A stretch of 32,000 bases of DNA, from positions 780,001-812,000 of the forward strand of contig NC_000854.2 in assembly GCF_000011125.1 (NCBI RefSeq). The letters are read 5' to 3'. A program made the position numbers and the translations under genes. This DNA is from Aeropyrum pernix K1 (GTDB taxonomy: Archaea > Thermoproteota > Thermoprotei_A > Sulfolobales > Acidilobaceae). Of this stretch, positions 19,541-28,207 are shown in pieces. How positions within the stretch are numbered: the stretch's first letter is position 1; each line of letters starts with the position of its first letter. The notes beneath the pieces are model-generated. The model was not told where the DNA came from. It made no database searches and saw nothing but the letters and a program-made list of their open reading frames with translations.

Positions 19541-20170
19541 ATGGAGATCCTCGAGAGGCTTTCCCTGGGGGTGCTCCAGGTAAACACGTACGTCGCCGCC
19601 GCTGGCGGGGAGTGCCTCGTGGTAGACCCGGGCGGGCCCGAGGTCCTAGAGGCCCTGGAGAGGCTGGGATGCCGGGACATAGTTGTAGCCCTGACCCACG
19701 GCCACTTCGACCACGTAGCCGGGGTTGAGCATCTCGCCGCCCGTGGTGCCGTGGTCGCGGCTCACCCGCAGACACCGAGGGTTGCGGAGGCCTACGCAGA
19801 CCTCGGCGTGAAGATGGGGTACCTGAAGGGGGTCCCGAGGATTAGTGTAGACGTCGAGCTTGTCGACGGCTCCACCCTGAGGGCGGCCGGCCTCAGCCTA
19901 AAAGCTATACACACTCCAGGCCACAGCCCCGACCACATTGTCCTCTACGACCAGGCCCGGGGCCTGGCCTTCACCGGCGACCTCATATTCAGGGGGTCTA
20001 TAGGAAGGGTGGACATAGCCCTGGGGGACGGGGAGGCTATGGCGAGGAGCCTGGCCAGGATCGTGAGGGAGCTACCCCGCGGCACGAGACTCCTACCGGG
20101 CCATGGCCCCGAGACCACGCTGGAATACGAGATCCTCCACAACCCCTTCCTCCAGGGCTTTAACCGTTAG
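19541..20170 (+). CDS. Metallo-beta-lactamase fold hydrolase (glyoxalase II-like)
   Basis: LTHGHFDHVAG, HTPGHSPDHIVLYD, FTGDLIFRGSIGRVD, LLPGHGPETT. Confidence 0.93.
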   Translation: MEILERLSLGVLQVNTYVAAAGGECLVVDPGGPEVLEALERLGCRDIVVALTHGHFDHVAGVEHLAARGAVVAAHPQTPRVAEAYADLGVKMGYLKGVPRISVDVELVDGSTLRAAGLSLKAIHTPGHSPDHIVLYDQARGLAFTGDLIFRGSIGRVDIALGDGEAMARSLARIVRELPRGTRLLPGHGPETTLEYEILHNPFLQGFNR

Positions 20171-20282
20171 CCCCCTCGGCCCATGCCCGGGTGCCCCCCG
20201 AGATTGTGAAGCCGGGTCTGGCCTGACAGATGCTTGTAGTATTACTCCCCGCTCTATATAACAGTATGGCCTGGGTGGTTGT

Positions 20283-21143
20283 GTGGTCGACGCTGCCTTC
20301 AAGCTAGGCCTGCTTCTGAGCGTCGCTGGCGCCGCGGTAAAGATAGCTGGCAGTCTTGTATACGGCTCTAAAGCCCTCCTGGTGGACGGGGCCACCTGTG
20401 TCGCGGGCATAGCCGCGGGGCTCGCCGCCCTTTACTGGCTCCGCGCCTCCAAGGCGCCTCCCGACGCCGACCACCCGTTCGGGCATGGAAGGCTGGCGTT
20501 CGGCGGCGTCTCGTTCACTCTTGTCGCGTATGGGGTTGCGGCCGGCTTCGGCCTAGCCTACCTCGCGAGGCCGGAGCCCTATAGCGTAGGCCTTGGAGCC
20601 GCGGTCCTGGGGGTGCTGGGCCTTATACTCTACAGCGGGGCCGTGGCCGCCTTCAGGAGGAGCCCCATAGTCGGAGGGGCTATGGCGGCCTTCACGGCCT
20701 CGGAGGTTTTCGAGAGTATAGTCTCCACACTCGCGGCGGTAGGGGGCTTCGGCTTCGGATACCTGGTAGACTATCTTGGGGCGTGGGCTATAGAGGCCTA
20801 TCTCCTCTACGAGCTGGTGTTGCACGCCAGGAGCATGGTTCACCAGCTCTCTGATATGGCCTCCGCGGAGGCGGTTGGCCATGTTAGGAGGGAGCTGGAG
20901 GCTAGGGGTTTCAGGGTTGCCAGTGTGAGGGTCAGGACGCTGGTCCCGGGGAGGTACCACGGCGACGCCATCGTGCTACCGCCCCGGGGCATGGACCCCC
21001 TGGCCGCAGATATGCTGGCGGACGAGGCGGTATACGCGCTTAGACGTTCGGGCGTAGATTTAACCGTCCACGTAGACTTCAGCGGCCAGCTTGCAGAGGA
21101 TGAAGAACGTGGCCCGCGAAACAGGGGCGGGCGAGACCGTTAA
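20283..21143 (+). CDS. Cation diffusion facilitator family transporter
   Basis: GSKALLVDG, DADHPFGHGRLAFGG, later VFESIVS and cytosolic C-terminal domain; six TM-like segments. Confidence 0.85.
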   Translation: MVDAAFKLGLLLSVAGAAVKIAGSLVYGSKALLVDGATCVAGIAAGLAALYWLRASKAPPDADHPFGHGRLAFGGVSFTLVAYGVAAGFGLAYLARPEPYSVGLGAAVLGVLGLILYSGAVAAFRRSPIVGGAMAAFTASEVFESIVSTLAAVGGFGFGYLVDYLGAWAIEAYLLYELVLHARSMVHQLSDMASAEAVGHVRRELEARGFRVASVRVRTLVPGRYHGDAIVLPPRGMDPLAADMLADEAVYALRRSGVDLTVHVDFSGQLAEDEERGPRNRGGRDR

Positions 21144-21191
21144 ACTGAAGCGCCAATCCACACCCCGCATTCTACTGGGTGAGTGTAGGGG

Positions 21192-22235
21192 TTGGCTGAT
21201 TGCAGATTTGACGTGGCTCTCAACTTTCCGGTGGATGAGGGTGTCGGAGAGGTCCTCTCGGGCCTTAGAGTATACTCTCCCCGGGAGAGGTCCTCTGCGG
21301 CTGACATATGGGAGTATGTCCGGGCTTCCCGCGTCTTCATAAACGCCTTCACACCTGTTGACGCCGGCCTACTCAGGGACAAGGGCTGCCTTGAGCTCAT
21401 AGTCCTCACGAGCACGGGCTTCGACCATGTGGATGTTGAGGCTGCGGCGGGTGTTGGCGTCTGCGTGGCTAACCAGCCTGAGGTGATAACCGAGGCTGTG
21501 GCTGAGTACGTCGTCGCAGCTGTGCTGGCGGCCCTGAGGGGTGTGGTGGCGGGCCACATGTACACGCCCAGGTGGGCCAGGGAGGGGTGGCCCTCCCATC
21601 TAGCCGGTTTCCTCGTAAGGGGCAGGAGCGTGGGCCTGCTTGGGGCTGGTAGGATAGGTCAGAGCGTCGCCTTCAAGCTCGCCGCCCTCGGCGCCGGGCC
21701 TTTCTACTACTACAGCAGGAGCAGGAAGCCGGGGCTGGAGGCGGTGCTGGGTGCTAAGAGGCTGGAGCCCAGGGAACTCTTCTCCAGGTCCATGATACTC
21801 GTAAACAGCCTCCCCCTCACGGGGGAGACCAGGGGTCTCGTCACAGCAGGCCTCCTCCGCCTCCTACCCCGTGGGGCTGTTTACGTTAACGTGGGGAGGG
21901 GCGGTACGGAGGAGCCTGGGGCTGTGGAGGCTGTGGCCTCTGAGAGGGAGGACCTCTACTTCGTCCTTGACGTGCACCCGGAGGAGCCTCTGCCGCCCTC
22001 CAGCGGGAGGATGAGGCTCCACGGCAACCCCAGGGTGGTGATGACACCCCACATAGCCGGGTCATCGAGGGAGAGCATGACGGCCACCAGGCTACTGGCG
22101 GCTATGCAGGCGAGGGACTACCTGGAGAGGGGGTGCGTCTGGAACCCCGTCAACGGGGCGTGCAGGGAGTGCCCCTCCCAGAGGGTGGGGTTGGACGAGG
22201 CTATAGCCATGGCCCGCAGGCTCCTCGGCGTCTAG
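21192..22235 (+). CDS. D-isomer specific 2-hydroxyacid dehydrogenase family protein
   Basis: VGLLGAGRIGQSVAFKLAALG, NSLPLTGETRGLV, YVNVGRGG, DVHPEEPLP, TPHIAGSS. Confidence 0.9.
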   Translation: MADCRFDVALNFPVDEGVGEVLSGLRVYSPRERSSAADIWEYVRASRVFINAFTPVDAGLLRDKGCLELIVLTSTGFDHVDVEAAAGVGVCVANQPEVITEAVAEYVVAAVLAALRGVVAGHMYTPRWAREGWPSHLAGFLVRGRSVGLLGAGRIGQSVAFKLAALGAGPFYYYSRSRKPGLEAVLGAKRLEPRELFSRSMILVNSLPLTGETRGLVTAGLLRLLPRGAVYVNVGRGGTEEPGAVEAVASEREDLYFVLDVHPEEPLPPSSGRMRLHGNPRVVMTPHIAGSSRESMTATRLLAAMQARDYLERGCVWNPVNGACRECPSQRVGLDEAIAMARRLLGV

Positions 22236-23575
22236 AGGACTAGCCTCTCCTGCTCGTACCTCCTCCCCTCCAGCCCCATCCACTTCACCGGCATCTCTAC
22301 GCCGCCGTAGAGCTCCACGGACTCCATGCCCAATGCCACCGCAGCCGCGACGCGGCCTATGCTGTCGCTCTTCATTATCCCGCTCCCGCTCGTCCCCGCG
22401 GCCACCACTATCCCGCTCTCCCAGGGCTCGAAGACCACCGGGTTGGCGTCGAAGCTTATGTCGTAGTGGCCCGCCCACCCCCCGCTGGGGTAGGCGTCCT
22501 GGAACTGGGGTAGGTAGAGGGATAGTATGGGGAGGATGGCGAGGCTGTAGTAGTGCTCCTCAGGCTGGGGGTCCTCCTCCAGGGCGAAAGGCCTGCCCAG
22601 GTTGTCGCTCAGCTGAACCCAGAAGCTCCCCTCCCTGGGGGCGGGCCTCACCAGAACCCTTTTTGGGAGTATTATGAGGGGCGGGGCGCCGGCCCCGGCG
22701 AGGTCGCCCTCCCTCATGATCCTCCGGAGGCCCTCTGTGGATGCCGACACCCTGAAGACCATCCTCTTCTTCGGCCTGCTGAACGTGTCTATCCCTAGGG
22801 GGTTCAGGAGCCTGTTGCTCCACACCCCCGCAGCGACCACCAGCTTCTCCCCCACCTCCACCCTCGTGCCATCGCTCAGGACGGCTGCGGAGGCCCTGGC
22901 CTCCTGCCAGGGGAGTGGCTCGCCCTCTATACCCAGCTCTACCCGGGGCTTAAGCTCCACCCCCACGACCCTCCGCCCGAATATGAACTCCACGCCAGCC
23001 CCCGAGGCGCGGCGGTAGTAGTAGTCCACAACCTTCTCGGCGTCGAGGAACCCGGCGCTCCTTATGAGGACTGCGCCCTCGACATCCCCCACGCCCAGGA
23101 CCTCAGCCTCCTCACCGTCCGAGACCCGGGTGTTCATTCCCAGCCTCCTCTCAAGCTCCTCCGGAGGTATGATAAGGTAGTCCCTCCCCTCCTCCCCGGC
23201 CTCTCTAAGCGGCTCCTCAACCTCCCTCCACCTCTCCCTGTCGTAGACGAAGAGGTAGCCCGACTTGACCAGCCCCAGGTCCTCGCCACCCCTCTGGGCG
23301 TCCTCGAAAAGCCTCACGGTCGAGCCCGCCACCAGCCTGTTCATGGTGCTCGAGAAGAATGTCCTGAAGGCCGCCATGCTCCTCCCGCTGTCCCCCGAGC
23401 CGGGTGCGTGGCCGGCGTCAACGACGAGGACGCTCCCCCCGCTCCAGACCTTGAGGTAGTAGGCGGCCGCCAGGCCGACTACCCCCGCTCCGACGACAAC
23501 ATAGTCGAAACGCGGCAATAACACGAGCACCCCCTGCCGTGCCACCAAGGGACTAGTGTTTAGGCGGAAGGGCAA
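22232..23575 (-). CDS. FAD-dependent amine/glycine oxidoreductase (DAO family)
   Basis: YVVVGAGVVGLAAAYYLKVWSGGSVLVVDAGHAPGSGDSGRSMAAFR (GxGxxG), VVAAGVWSN, VVAAGTSGSGIMKSDSIGR. Confidence 0.88.
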   Translation of the reverse strand: MPFRLNTSPLVARQGVLVLLPRFDYVVVGAGVVGLAAAYYLKVWSGGSVLVVDAGHAPGSGDSGRSMAAFRTFFSSTMNRLVAGSTVRLFEDAQRGGEDLGLVKSGYLFVYDRERWREVEEPLREAGEEGRDYLIIPPEELERRLGMNTRVSDGEEAEVLGVGDVEGAVLIRSAGFLDAEKVVDYYYRRASGAGVEFIFGRRVVGVELKPRVELGIEGEPLPWQEARASAAVLSDGTRVEVGEKLVVAAGVWSNRLLNPLGIDTFSRPKKRMVFRVSASTEGLRRIMREGDLAGAGAPPLIILPKRVLVRPAPREGSFWVQLSDNLGRPFALEEDPQPEEHYYSLAILPILSLYLPQFQDAYPSGGWAGHYDISFDANPVVFEPWESGIVVAAGTSGSGIMKSDSIGRVAAAVALGMESVELYGGVEMPVKWMGLEGRRYEQERLVL

Positions 23576-23616
23576 TATTCTGGATAGGGGGCAGCGTGGG
23601 TAGCGGCTCCCTCCCT

Positions 23617-24114
23617 TTAGCCCTGGGTTGCCCTTGTCCTGGCAAGCCGCCTAACCATCGCCTCGAGGTCCTCCAGGCTTGGCGGCCTGCGGCCTAGAGC
23701 CTCTTCAACCTCTCTAGCGAGGCCGAGCCGGTCGACCACTATGGCTGAGGACCTGGCCAGGGCATGCCCCCACACAGGCTTCCTCAGCGCCTCCCTGAAC
23801 TCCTCGGGAGTCATGAGTATCGCCTCGACACCCTCCTCAACAGCCCCAGACACCATGTCGTACCTGTCAAGTATCCTGACGCCCCGGAATCTCGGGGATA
23901 CTACTATAATGTCTATATCGCTCCACCTGTTGAAATCGCCGCGGGCGTAGCTGCCGAACAGTATCACTGTCACGTCTCCGAGGCGCTCAAGAAGCTTGGA
24001 GGCGGAGGACTTCGCTTTCACCAGGGCCTCCAGCCAAGCCGAGAGCCTCTCCCTAGGAATCCTCACACTCTTCACCCAGACACTCCTCAACCGCCCTATA
24101 AACCCTGCTGGCAC
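23617..24114 (-). CDS. Nucleotidyltransferase domain protein (MNT; partner of HEPN)
   Basis: VTVILFGSYARGDFNRWSDIDIIVVS: GSYARGD...SDxD. Confidence 0.88.
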   Translation of the reverse strand: MPAGFIGRLRSVWVKSVRIPRERLSAWLEALVKAKSSASKLLERLGDVTVILFGSYARGDFNRWSDIDIIVVSPRFRGVRILDRYDMVSGAVEEGVEAILMTPEEFREALRKPVWGHALARSSAIVVDRLGLAREVEEALGRRPPSLEDLEAMVRRLARTRATQG

Positions 24115-24481
24115 ACTCTAGGGCCTCCTCGGCGTCCCTGCGGGTGTAGTTCTCGAACGGCGCAGCCCCTCCGGGCCACGCGTCAGGATACCTGGGTGGA
24201 AGGTACAGCTTGTTAAGCACGGCTATACACTCCTCCATCTCCTGGAGAGGCTGGCAGAGGCTCCTGGCCCTACGCCAGAGAGCCATAAGGTCGTGGCCGA
24301 AGGACTCCAGCCCCGCAGCCCTCAGAACAGCCTTTATAGAGTACTCGGCGGCCTGGTTAGCTTTGAAGCACGCCCAACTGTAAAAGCCCCCCTCATAGTC
24401 AACCCTTATAGACTCTAACGTGTGCTTCGCCTGCCTAAGCCACCTAACAGCCTCCTCACAGTCAAAAACCACCCGCCACAC
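24053..24481 (-). CDS. HEPN domain protein
   Basis: AVRWLRQAKHTLESIR...SWACFKANQAAEYSIKAVLRAAG...GHDLMAL...PPRYPDAW...DAEEALECASRVY is the Pfam-style HEPN pattern; overlaps the MNT gene. Confidence 0.85.
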   Translation of the reverse strand: MWRVVFDCEEAVRWLRQAKHTLESIRVDYEGGFYSWACFKANQAAEYSIKAVLRAAGLESFGHDLMALWRRARSLCQPLQEMEECIAVLNKLYLPPRYPDAWPGGAAPFENYTRRDAEEALECASRVYRAVEECLGEECEDS

Positions 24482-24585
24482 ACCCCTAGCCTAGCAGGGG
24501 GGCTCGGCACAGTACGCGCTCCTCACGCCCCCCCGGGTTGCCGGGGGGTTTGGCTCCCGGATTCCTCCTCACCGCCCTTAGTATG

Positions 24586-25758
24586 TTATTGGAGGCCTAG
24601 GTTTTCAAGCTGTTTGAGGACGTAGCTCCTGATCTCATCGAGGCTCGGCAGGCTCTGGGCTAGGCGGCCTTCCTCGAGGTATTTGCGGGTCAGAGGCTCG
24701 CAGCCCTCAGGCTCCTCCCCGAGCCTTACGATCCTCTTCTCGCCCCGGCAGAGGACGATGGATCTCGCCCCGGGTAGCTTGCCCCTCTTGGTCCTCGGCC
24801 TCCACTCGCCGTCTTCATGGACCTCCACCACGTCCATGCTTATGTCGATGTTGGGGGCGGCTGCTATGGTGGTGCCCACTCCGAAGCCGTCGGCCACGTC
24901 CCTGAGCTCCGCGACCCTCTCCTCGTCTAGCCCGCCGCTGACGAATATCTTGACGTGCTTGTAGCCGTGGATGTCCAGGGCCCACCTAACCTCCTCCACG
25001 ATATCCCTCATCCTCCCCCTCCTGCTGCTCGGCGTGTCGAGCCTCACGCCAGCGAGGACCTCGCCGAGCTCCCTGGCGGCCATGAGGGCCTCCTCCCTCT
25101 CGTCCCAGAACGTGTCGACAAGAGCTATGACCGGCGTCTCCTCCTTGAAGGTCTCGGCGAACGCCCTCCAAGCCTCCACCTGGCTGCCGAAGACTATTAT
25201 TAGGGCGTGGGGCATGGTACCGCGGGGCTCGACGCCGAGGTACTCCCTGCTTAGGACCCCGCTCACCCCGTCCAGCCCGCCCACCAGCGCTGCCCTATCC
25301 GCGGCGGGCTGTACGGCGGGGTGGAGGGCCCTGAGGCCGAAGAACAGGACTGTCTTCCCCCTGCCCGCCGCAAGCCTTACTCTGGCCGCCTTCGTCGCTA
25401 TGCTCGTGGAGAACCTGAGTAGCCCTAGGAGGGCGGTCTCAAAGAGTATTATATCCTGGAATCTACCCTCCACAACCATCAGGGGGTCCTTCCTCTCGAA
25501 GACCGTCCCCTCAGGCAGGCTGTAGACGGTGACGGGCTTGCCCTGGAGGAGCGCGAGCGCCTCCTCAAGCCCAGCATAGACAGCCCACTCATAACCACGG
25601 GGGAGGCTGTAGGCGTGAACCTCCATCCTAACCCTCTTACCCCCCACTCCATACTTCTCCGCAACCCTCCGGGTCCTTACGAAGTAGATGTCGGTGGCCC
25701 TGCCCTCCAGTATCTCGCCCAGGCTCGCCATGTATATCCTGGGCTGCCCCCCGCTCAA
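24586..25758 (-). CDS. pncB: Nicotinate phosphoribosyltransferase
   Basis: TDIYFVRT, GRGKTVLFFGLRALHPAVQPAADRAALVGGLDGVS, ALDIHGYKHVKIFVSGGLDEERVAELRD, FGVGTTIA. Confidence 0.88.
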   Translation of the reverse strand: MSGGQPRIYMASLGEILEGRATDIYFVRTRRVAEKYGVGGKRVRMEVHAYSLPRGYEWAVYAGLEEALALLQGKPVTVYSLPEGTVFERKDPLMVVEGRFQDIILFETALLGLLRFSTSIATKAARVRLAAGRGKTVLFFGLRALHPAVQPAADRAALVGGLDGVSGVLSREYLGVEPRGTMPHALIIVFGSQVEAWRAFAETFKEETPVIALVDTFWDEREEALMAARELGEVLAGVRLDTPSSRRGRMRDIVEEVRWALDIHGYKHVKIFVSGGLDEERVAELRDVADGFGVGTTIAAAPNIDISMDVVEVHEDGEWRPRTKRGKLPGARSIVLCRGEKRIVRLGEEPEGCEPLTRKYLEEGRLAQSLPSLDEIRSYVLKQLENLGLQ

Positions 25759-26005
25759 CAGCTAACACCTAAGCAAACTAGTGGCCCAGCCGGGGATATA
25801 TAGGAGGGAAAGAGCCTGTTCGGCGGCATACCTATGCCAGATCCCAACCCGGACCCCTTCCTAAACCCCCTAACGGGATGCGGGCAATACGCTATGAAAA
25901 ACAATCTTAGATAGAGTTTCTAGACCCGGCTTCTCGCTCTCCCATAGCATCCCCAACCTGCTAACACAAATTATTATCGTTAAGACAACGGATCCTATAC
26001 TCGGG

Positions 26006-27409
26006 GTGCCTATACTGCCTAGCCCTAATCCTCCAGTAGAGCCTTACAAGATCCGGATGGTTGAGCCTATCAGGCTTCTACCCCGGGAGGAAAGACTGAG
26101 GCGCCTGCGAGAGGCTGGATGGAACGTTTTCCGGCTTCGCAGCATCGATATTTTCATAGACTTGCTTACCGATAGTGGGACCGGCTCGATGAGCATATAC
26201 CAGTGGGCAGCTCTTATGACTGGTGATGAAGCCTACGCTGGGGCAAGGAGCTGGTTCCGTTTTAGGGATGCGGTTAGAGATGTCCTAGGCCTAGACCTCG
26301 TGTTACCTGTTCACCAGGGGAGAGCCGCGGAGAGGATACTCTATGGTGAGCTTCTCAGGCGCAGGAACGCTAGGATAGTGCCGGCCAACACTCACTTCGA
26401 CACCGGCAGGGCTGTAATCCTCAACCAGGGTGGAGTGCCTCTCGACCTCCCATCGCCCCAGGCCAGCAGGAGGGAGGCCTACCCGTTTAAGGGTGATATA
26501 GACGTTGCCAGGTTGGAGAGGCTGCTGAAGGAGAGATCCCGGGACGTTGCCTTCATACTCCTAGTTATCACTAACAATACGGCTGGAGGCCAGCCTGTAT
26601 CCATGGATAACGTGAAGACCGTCAGAGAGCTGGCCGACGCCTACGGCCTCCCCCTGGTCATGGATATATGCAGGTTTGCTGAGAACGCGTACCTGGTTAA
26701 AGAGAGGGATCCACGGTATAGAGGCTGGAGCGTCCGAGATATAGCACGCGAGATGATCAGTTATGGGGATCACTTCGTTATGAGCGCTAAGAAGGATGGG
26801 CTCGCAAACATAGGCGGCTTCATAGCCACAAGGGATCCCAGCCTCTACGAGGATCTGGCTGCACGTGTAGTCCTCGAGGAGGGCTATGTAACCTACGGGG
26901 GGCTAGCGGGCCGCGACCTGGAGGCTATAGCCCAGGGGCTTCGTGAGGTTGTAGAGGAGGACTATCTACGACATAGGGTAGAGCAGGTTAGATACCTAGG
27001 AGAGCTCCTGTCAAGCCAAGGAGTCCCTATAGTAGAACCGGTGGGCGGCCACGCGGTATACGTAGACGTGCTCGAGGCCCTACCTGAAATGCCACGCAGC
27101 CACTATCCGGCTGACGCGCTAGCGGCAGCACTCTACCTGGAGTCTGGAGTCAGGGCAGTAGGCCTAGGGGCTCTAGCGTTCGCTAGGGAAGAGAACGGCG
27201 AGATAGTGTACCCGGAGTTCGAGCTGCTCAGGCTAGCAGTACCCAGGAGAACATACACTAACTCCCATATGGAGTACGTTGCCGCCAGCCTAGCAAGACT
27301 GCTCAGAGAGGGGAGACGCAAGGTCAAAGGGCTACGAGTTGTGAAGGAGCCCAGGATTAAGGGTATAAGGCACTTCCTAGCAGAGCTCGAACCCATAGAA
27401 CCTGTGTGA
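26006..27409 (+). CDS. tnaA: Tryptophanase / tyrosine phenol-lyase family beta-eliminating lyase
   Basis: IPVHQGRAAERIL, FDTGRAVILNQGG, VITNNTAGGQPVSMDNVK, LPLVMDICRFAENAY, PLP-lysine region MSAKKDGLANIGGFIA. Confidence 0.92.
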   Translation: MPILPSPNPPVEPYKIRMVEPIRLLPREERLRRLREAGWNVFRLRSIDIFIDLLTDSGTGSMSIYQWAALMTGDEAYAGARSWFRFRDAVRDVLGLDLVLPVHQGRAAERILYGELLRRRNARIVPANTHFDTGRAVILNQGGVPLDLPSPQASRREAYPFKGDIDVARLERLLKERSRDVAFILLVITNNTAGGQPVSMDNVKTVRELADAYGLPLVMDICRFAENAYLVKERDPRYRGWSVRDIAREMISYGDHFVMSAKKDGLANIGGFIATRDPSLYEDLAARVVLEEGYVTYGGLAGRDLEAIAQGLREVVEEDYLRHRVEQVRYLGELLSSQGVPIVEPVGGHAVYVDVLEALPEMPRSHYPADALAAALYLESGVRAVGLGALAFAREENGEIVYPEFELLRLAVPRRTYTNSHMEYVAASLARLLREGRRKVKGLRVVKEPRIKGIRHFLAELEPIEPV

Positions 27410-27491
27410 CACGTCCACTCCAAACCCGTACTACTGGCAGGACGCTGCCAGCCCCGTAAACTGGAGGTCTTGGATAGATGCCTCTAGAGGG

Positions 27492-27964
27492 GTGGGGAGC
27501 CTATTGATCGGGGAGAACGCGGTCTACGCTATACTGTCTGGGGCTATAGCGCTGATACTGTCTCTCAAGCTTGTATCATGGTGGATAGAGACTGCCAGTA
27601 GGAGAAGGCTTGTCGGCAGAGACATGAACAAGTATGATAAGCCCGAGGTTGCAGAGGCTGGCGGGATATGGGCCGTCGTGGCGGGCGCTTTTGGCCTGCT
27701 GATGCTGGAGGCGCTATTGTGGTTAACCCGGGTAGCGTGGGGCAGCCACGGGACGGGGATCCCAGGGCGTCATACACCGTCATAGACGCCGAGAAGAGCT
27801 CTATAGAGCTGTATAGGGTCAAATATGACGTTGACAAGATCATAGGGAAGCTACGTGCTCTAGGGATCTCAAGCCCCCATATAATGGAGCCTCAGACAGC
27901 GGGGGAGACCCGTTACTCCCGCGCTCCCACGCCACCCGAGGCTGCCAGTATGGAGCCAGCATAG
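27492..27964 (+). pseudogene. Chimeric remnant: N-terminus of a GT4/MraY-like glycosyltransferase joined, in another frame, to the C-terminus of a YfcE/MJ0936-like metallophosphoesterase
   Basis: ORF 27492-27785: LVGRDMNKYDKPEVAEAGGIWAVVAGAFGLL. ORF 27668-27964: GGAIVVNPGSVGQPRDGDPRASYTVIDAEKSSIELYRVKYDVDKII. Neither domain is complete; the junction is near 27690-27705. Confidence 0.65.
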
Positions 27965-28029
27965 AACGCCAGGGCCACAGCGGACACTAGGTTGGAGGCT
28001 GCGGAGGTCAGGGGGATCAGACGCCGTTC

Positions 28030-28155
28030 ACCCAACCGTGCCTTCATGTAACAAATTATAGCAGGTTGTGTCGGGCACGGCTGGGTTCATCACGGTCTCC
28101 CCGGGGCCGCCTACGGAAGCCCCTGGGGGCTTCCCTCGGGAACCCCGGGGTCACC
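28030..28155. other. GC-rich multi-hairpin region upstream of the TnpB-like gene (possible structured RNA or element end)
   Basis: acccaaccgtgcc (28030-28042) pairs with ggcacggctgggt (28074-28086). CCCCGGGG at 28099-28106 and 28143-28150 is flanked by ggt/acc. GGAAGCCCC-TG-GGGGCTTCC (28115-28134) is a perfect inverted repeat nested between them. Confidence 0.45.
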
Positions 28156-28207
28156 GGGTTAGGTTTATAAACTTAAAGCCTTAAAGTTTTGTTGGGGATT
28201 CCCCAAT

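Noticed and set aside
20093-20410. Minus-strand 105-aa ORF spanning the MBL/CDF gap
   Set aside because: Low-complexity translation and overlap with two well-supported plus-strand genes.
24955-25525. Several ORFs antisense to or in other frames of pncB
   Set aside because: Artifacts of GC-rich codon usage. The minus-strand nicotinate phosphoribosyltransferase covers the region with clear motifs.
28081-28100. GTGATGA on the minus strand (revcomp of ttcatcac) as a C/D-box sRNA C box
   Set aside because: No D', C' or D box at normal archaeal spacing was found. The nearest CTGA lies roughly 70 nt away, and hairpin pairing explains the region better.
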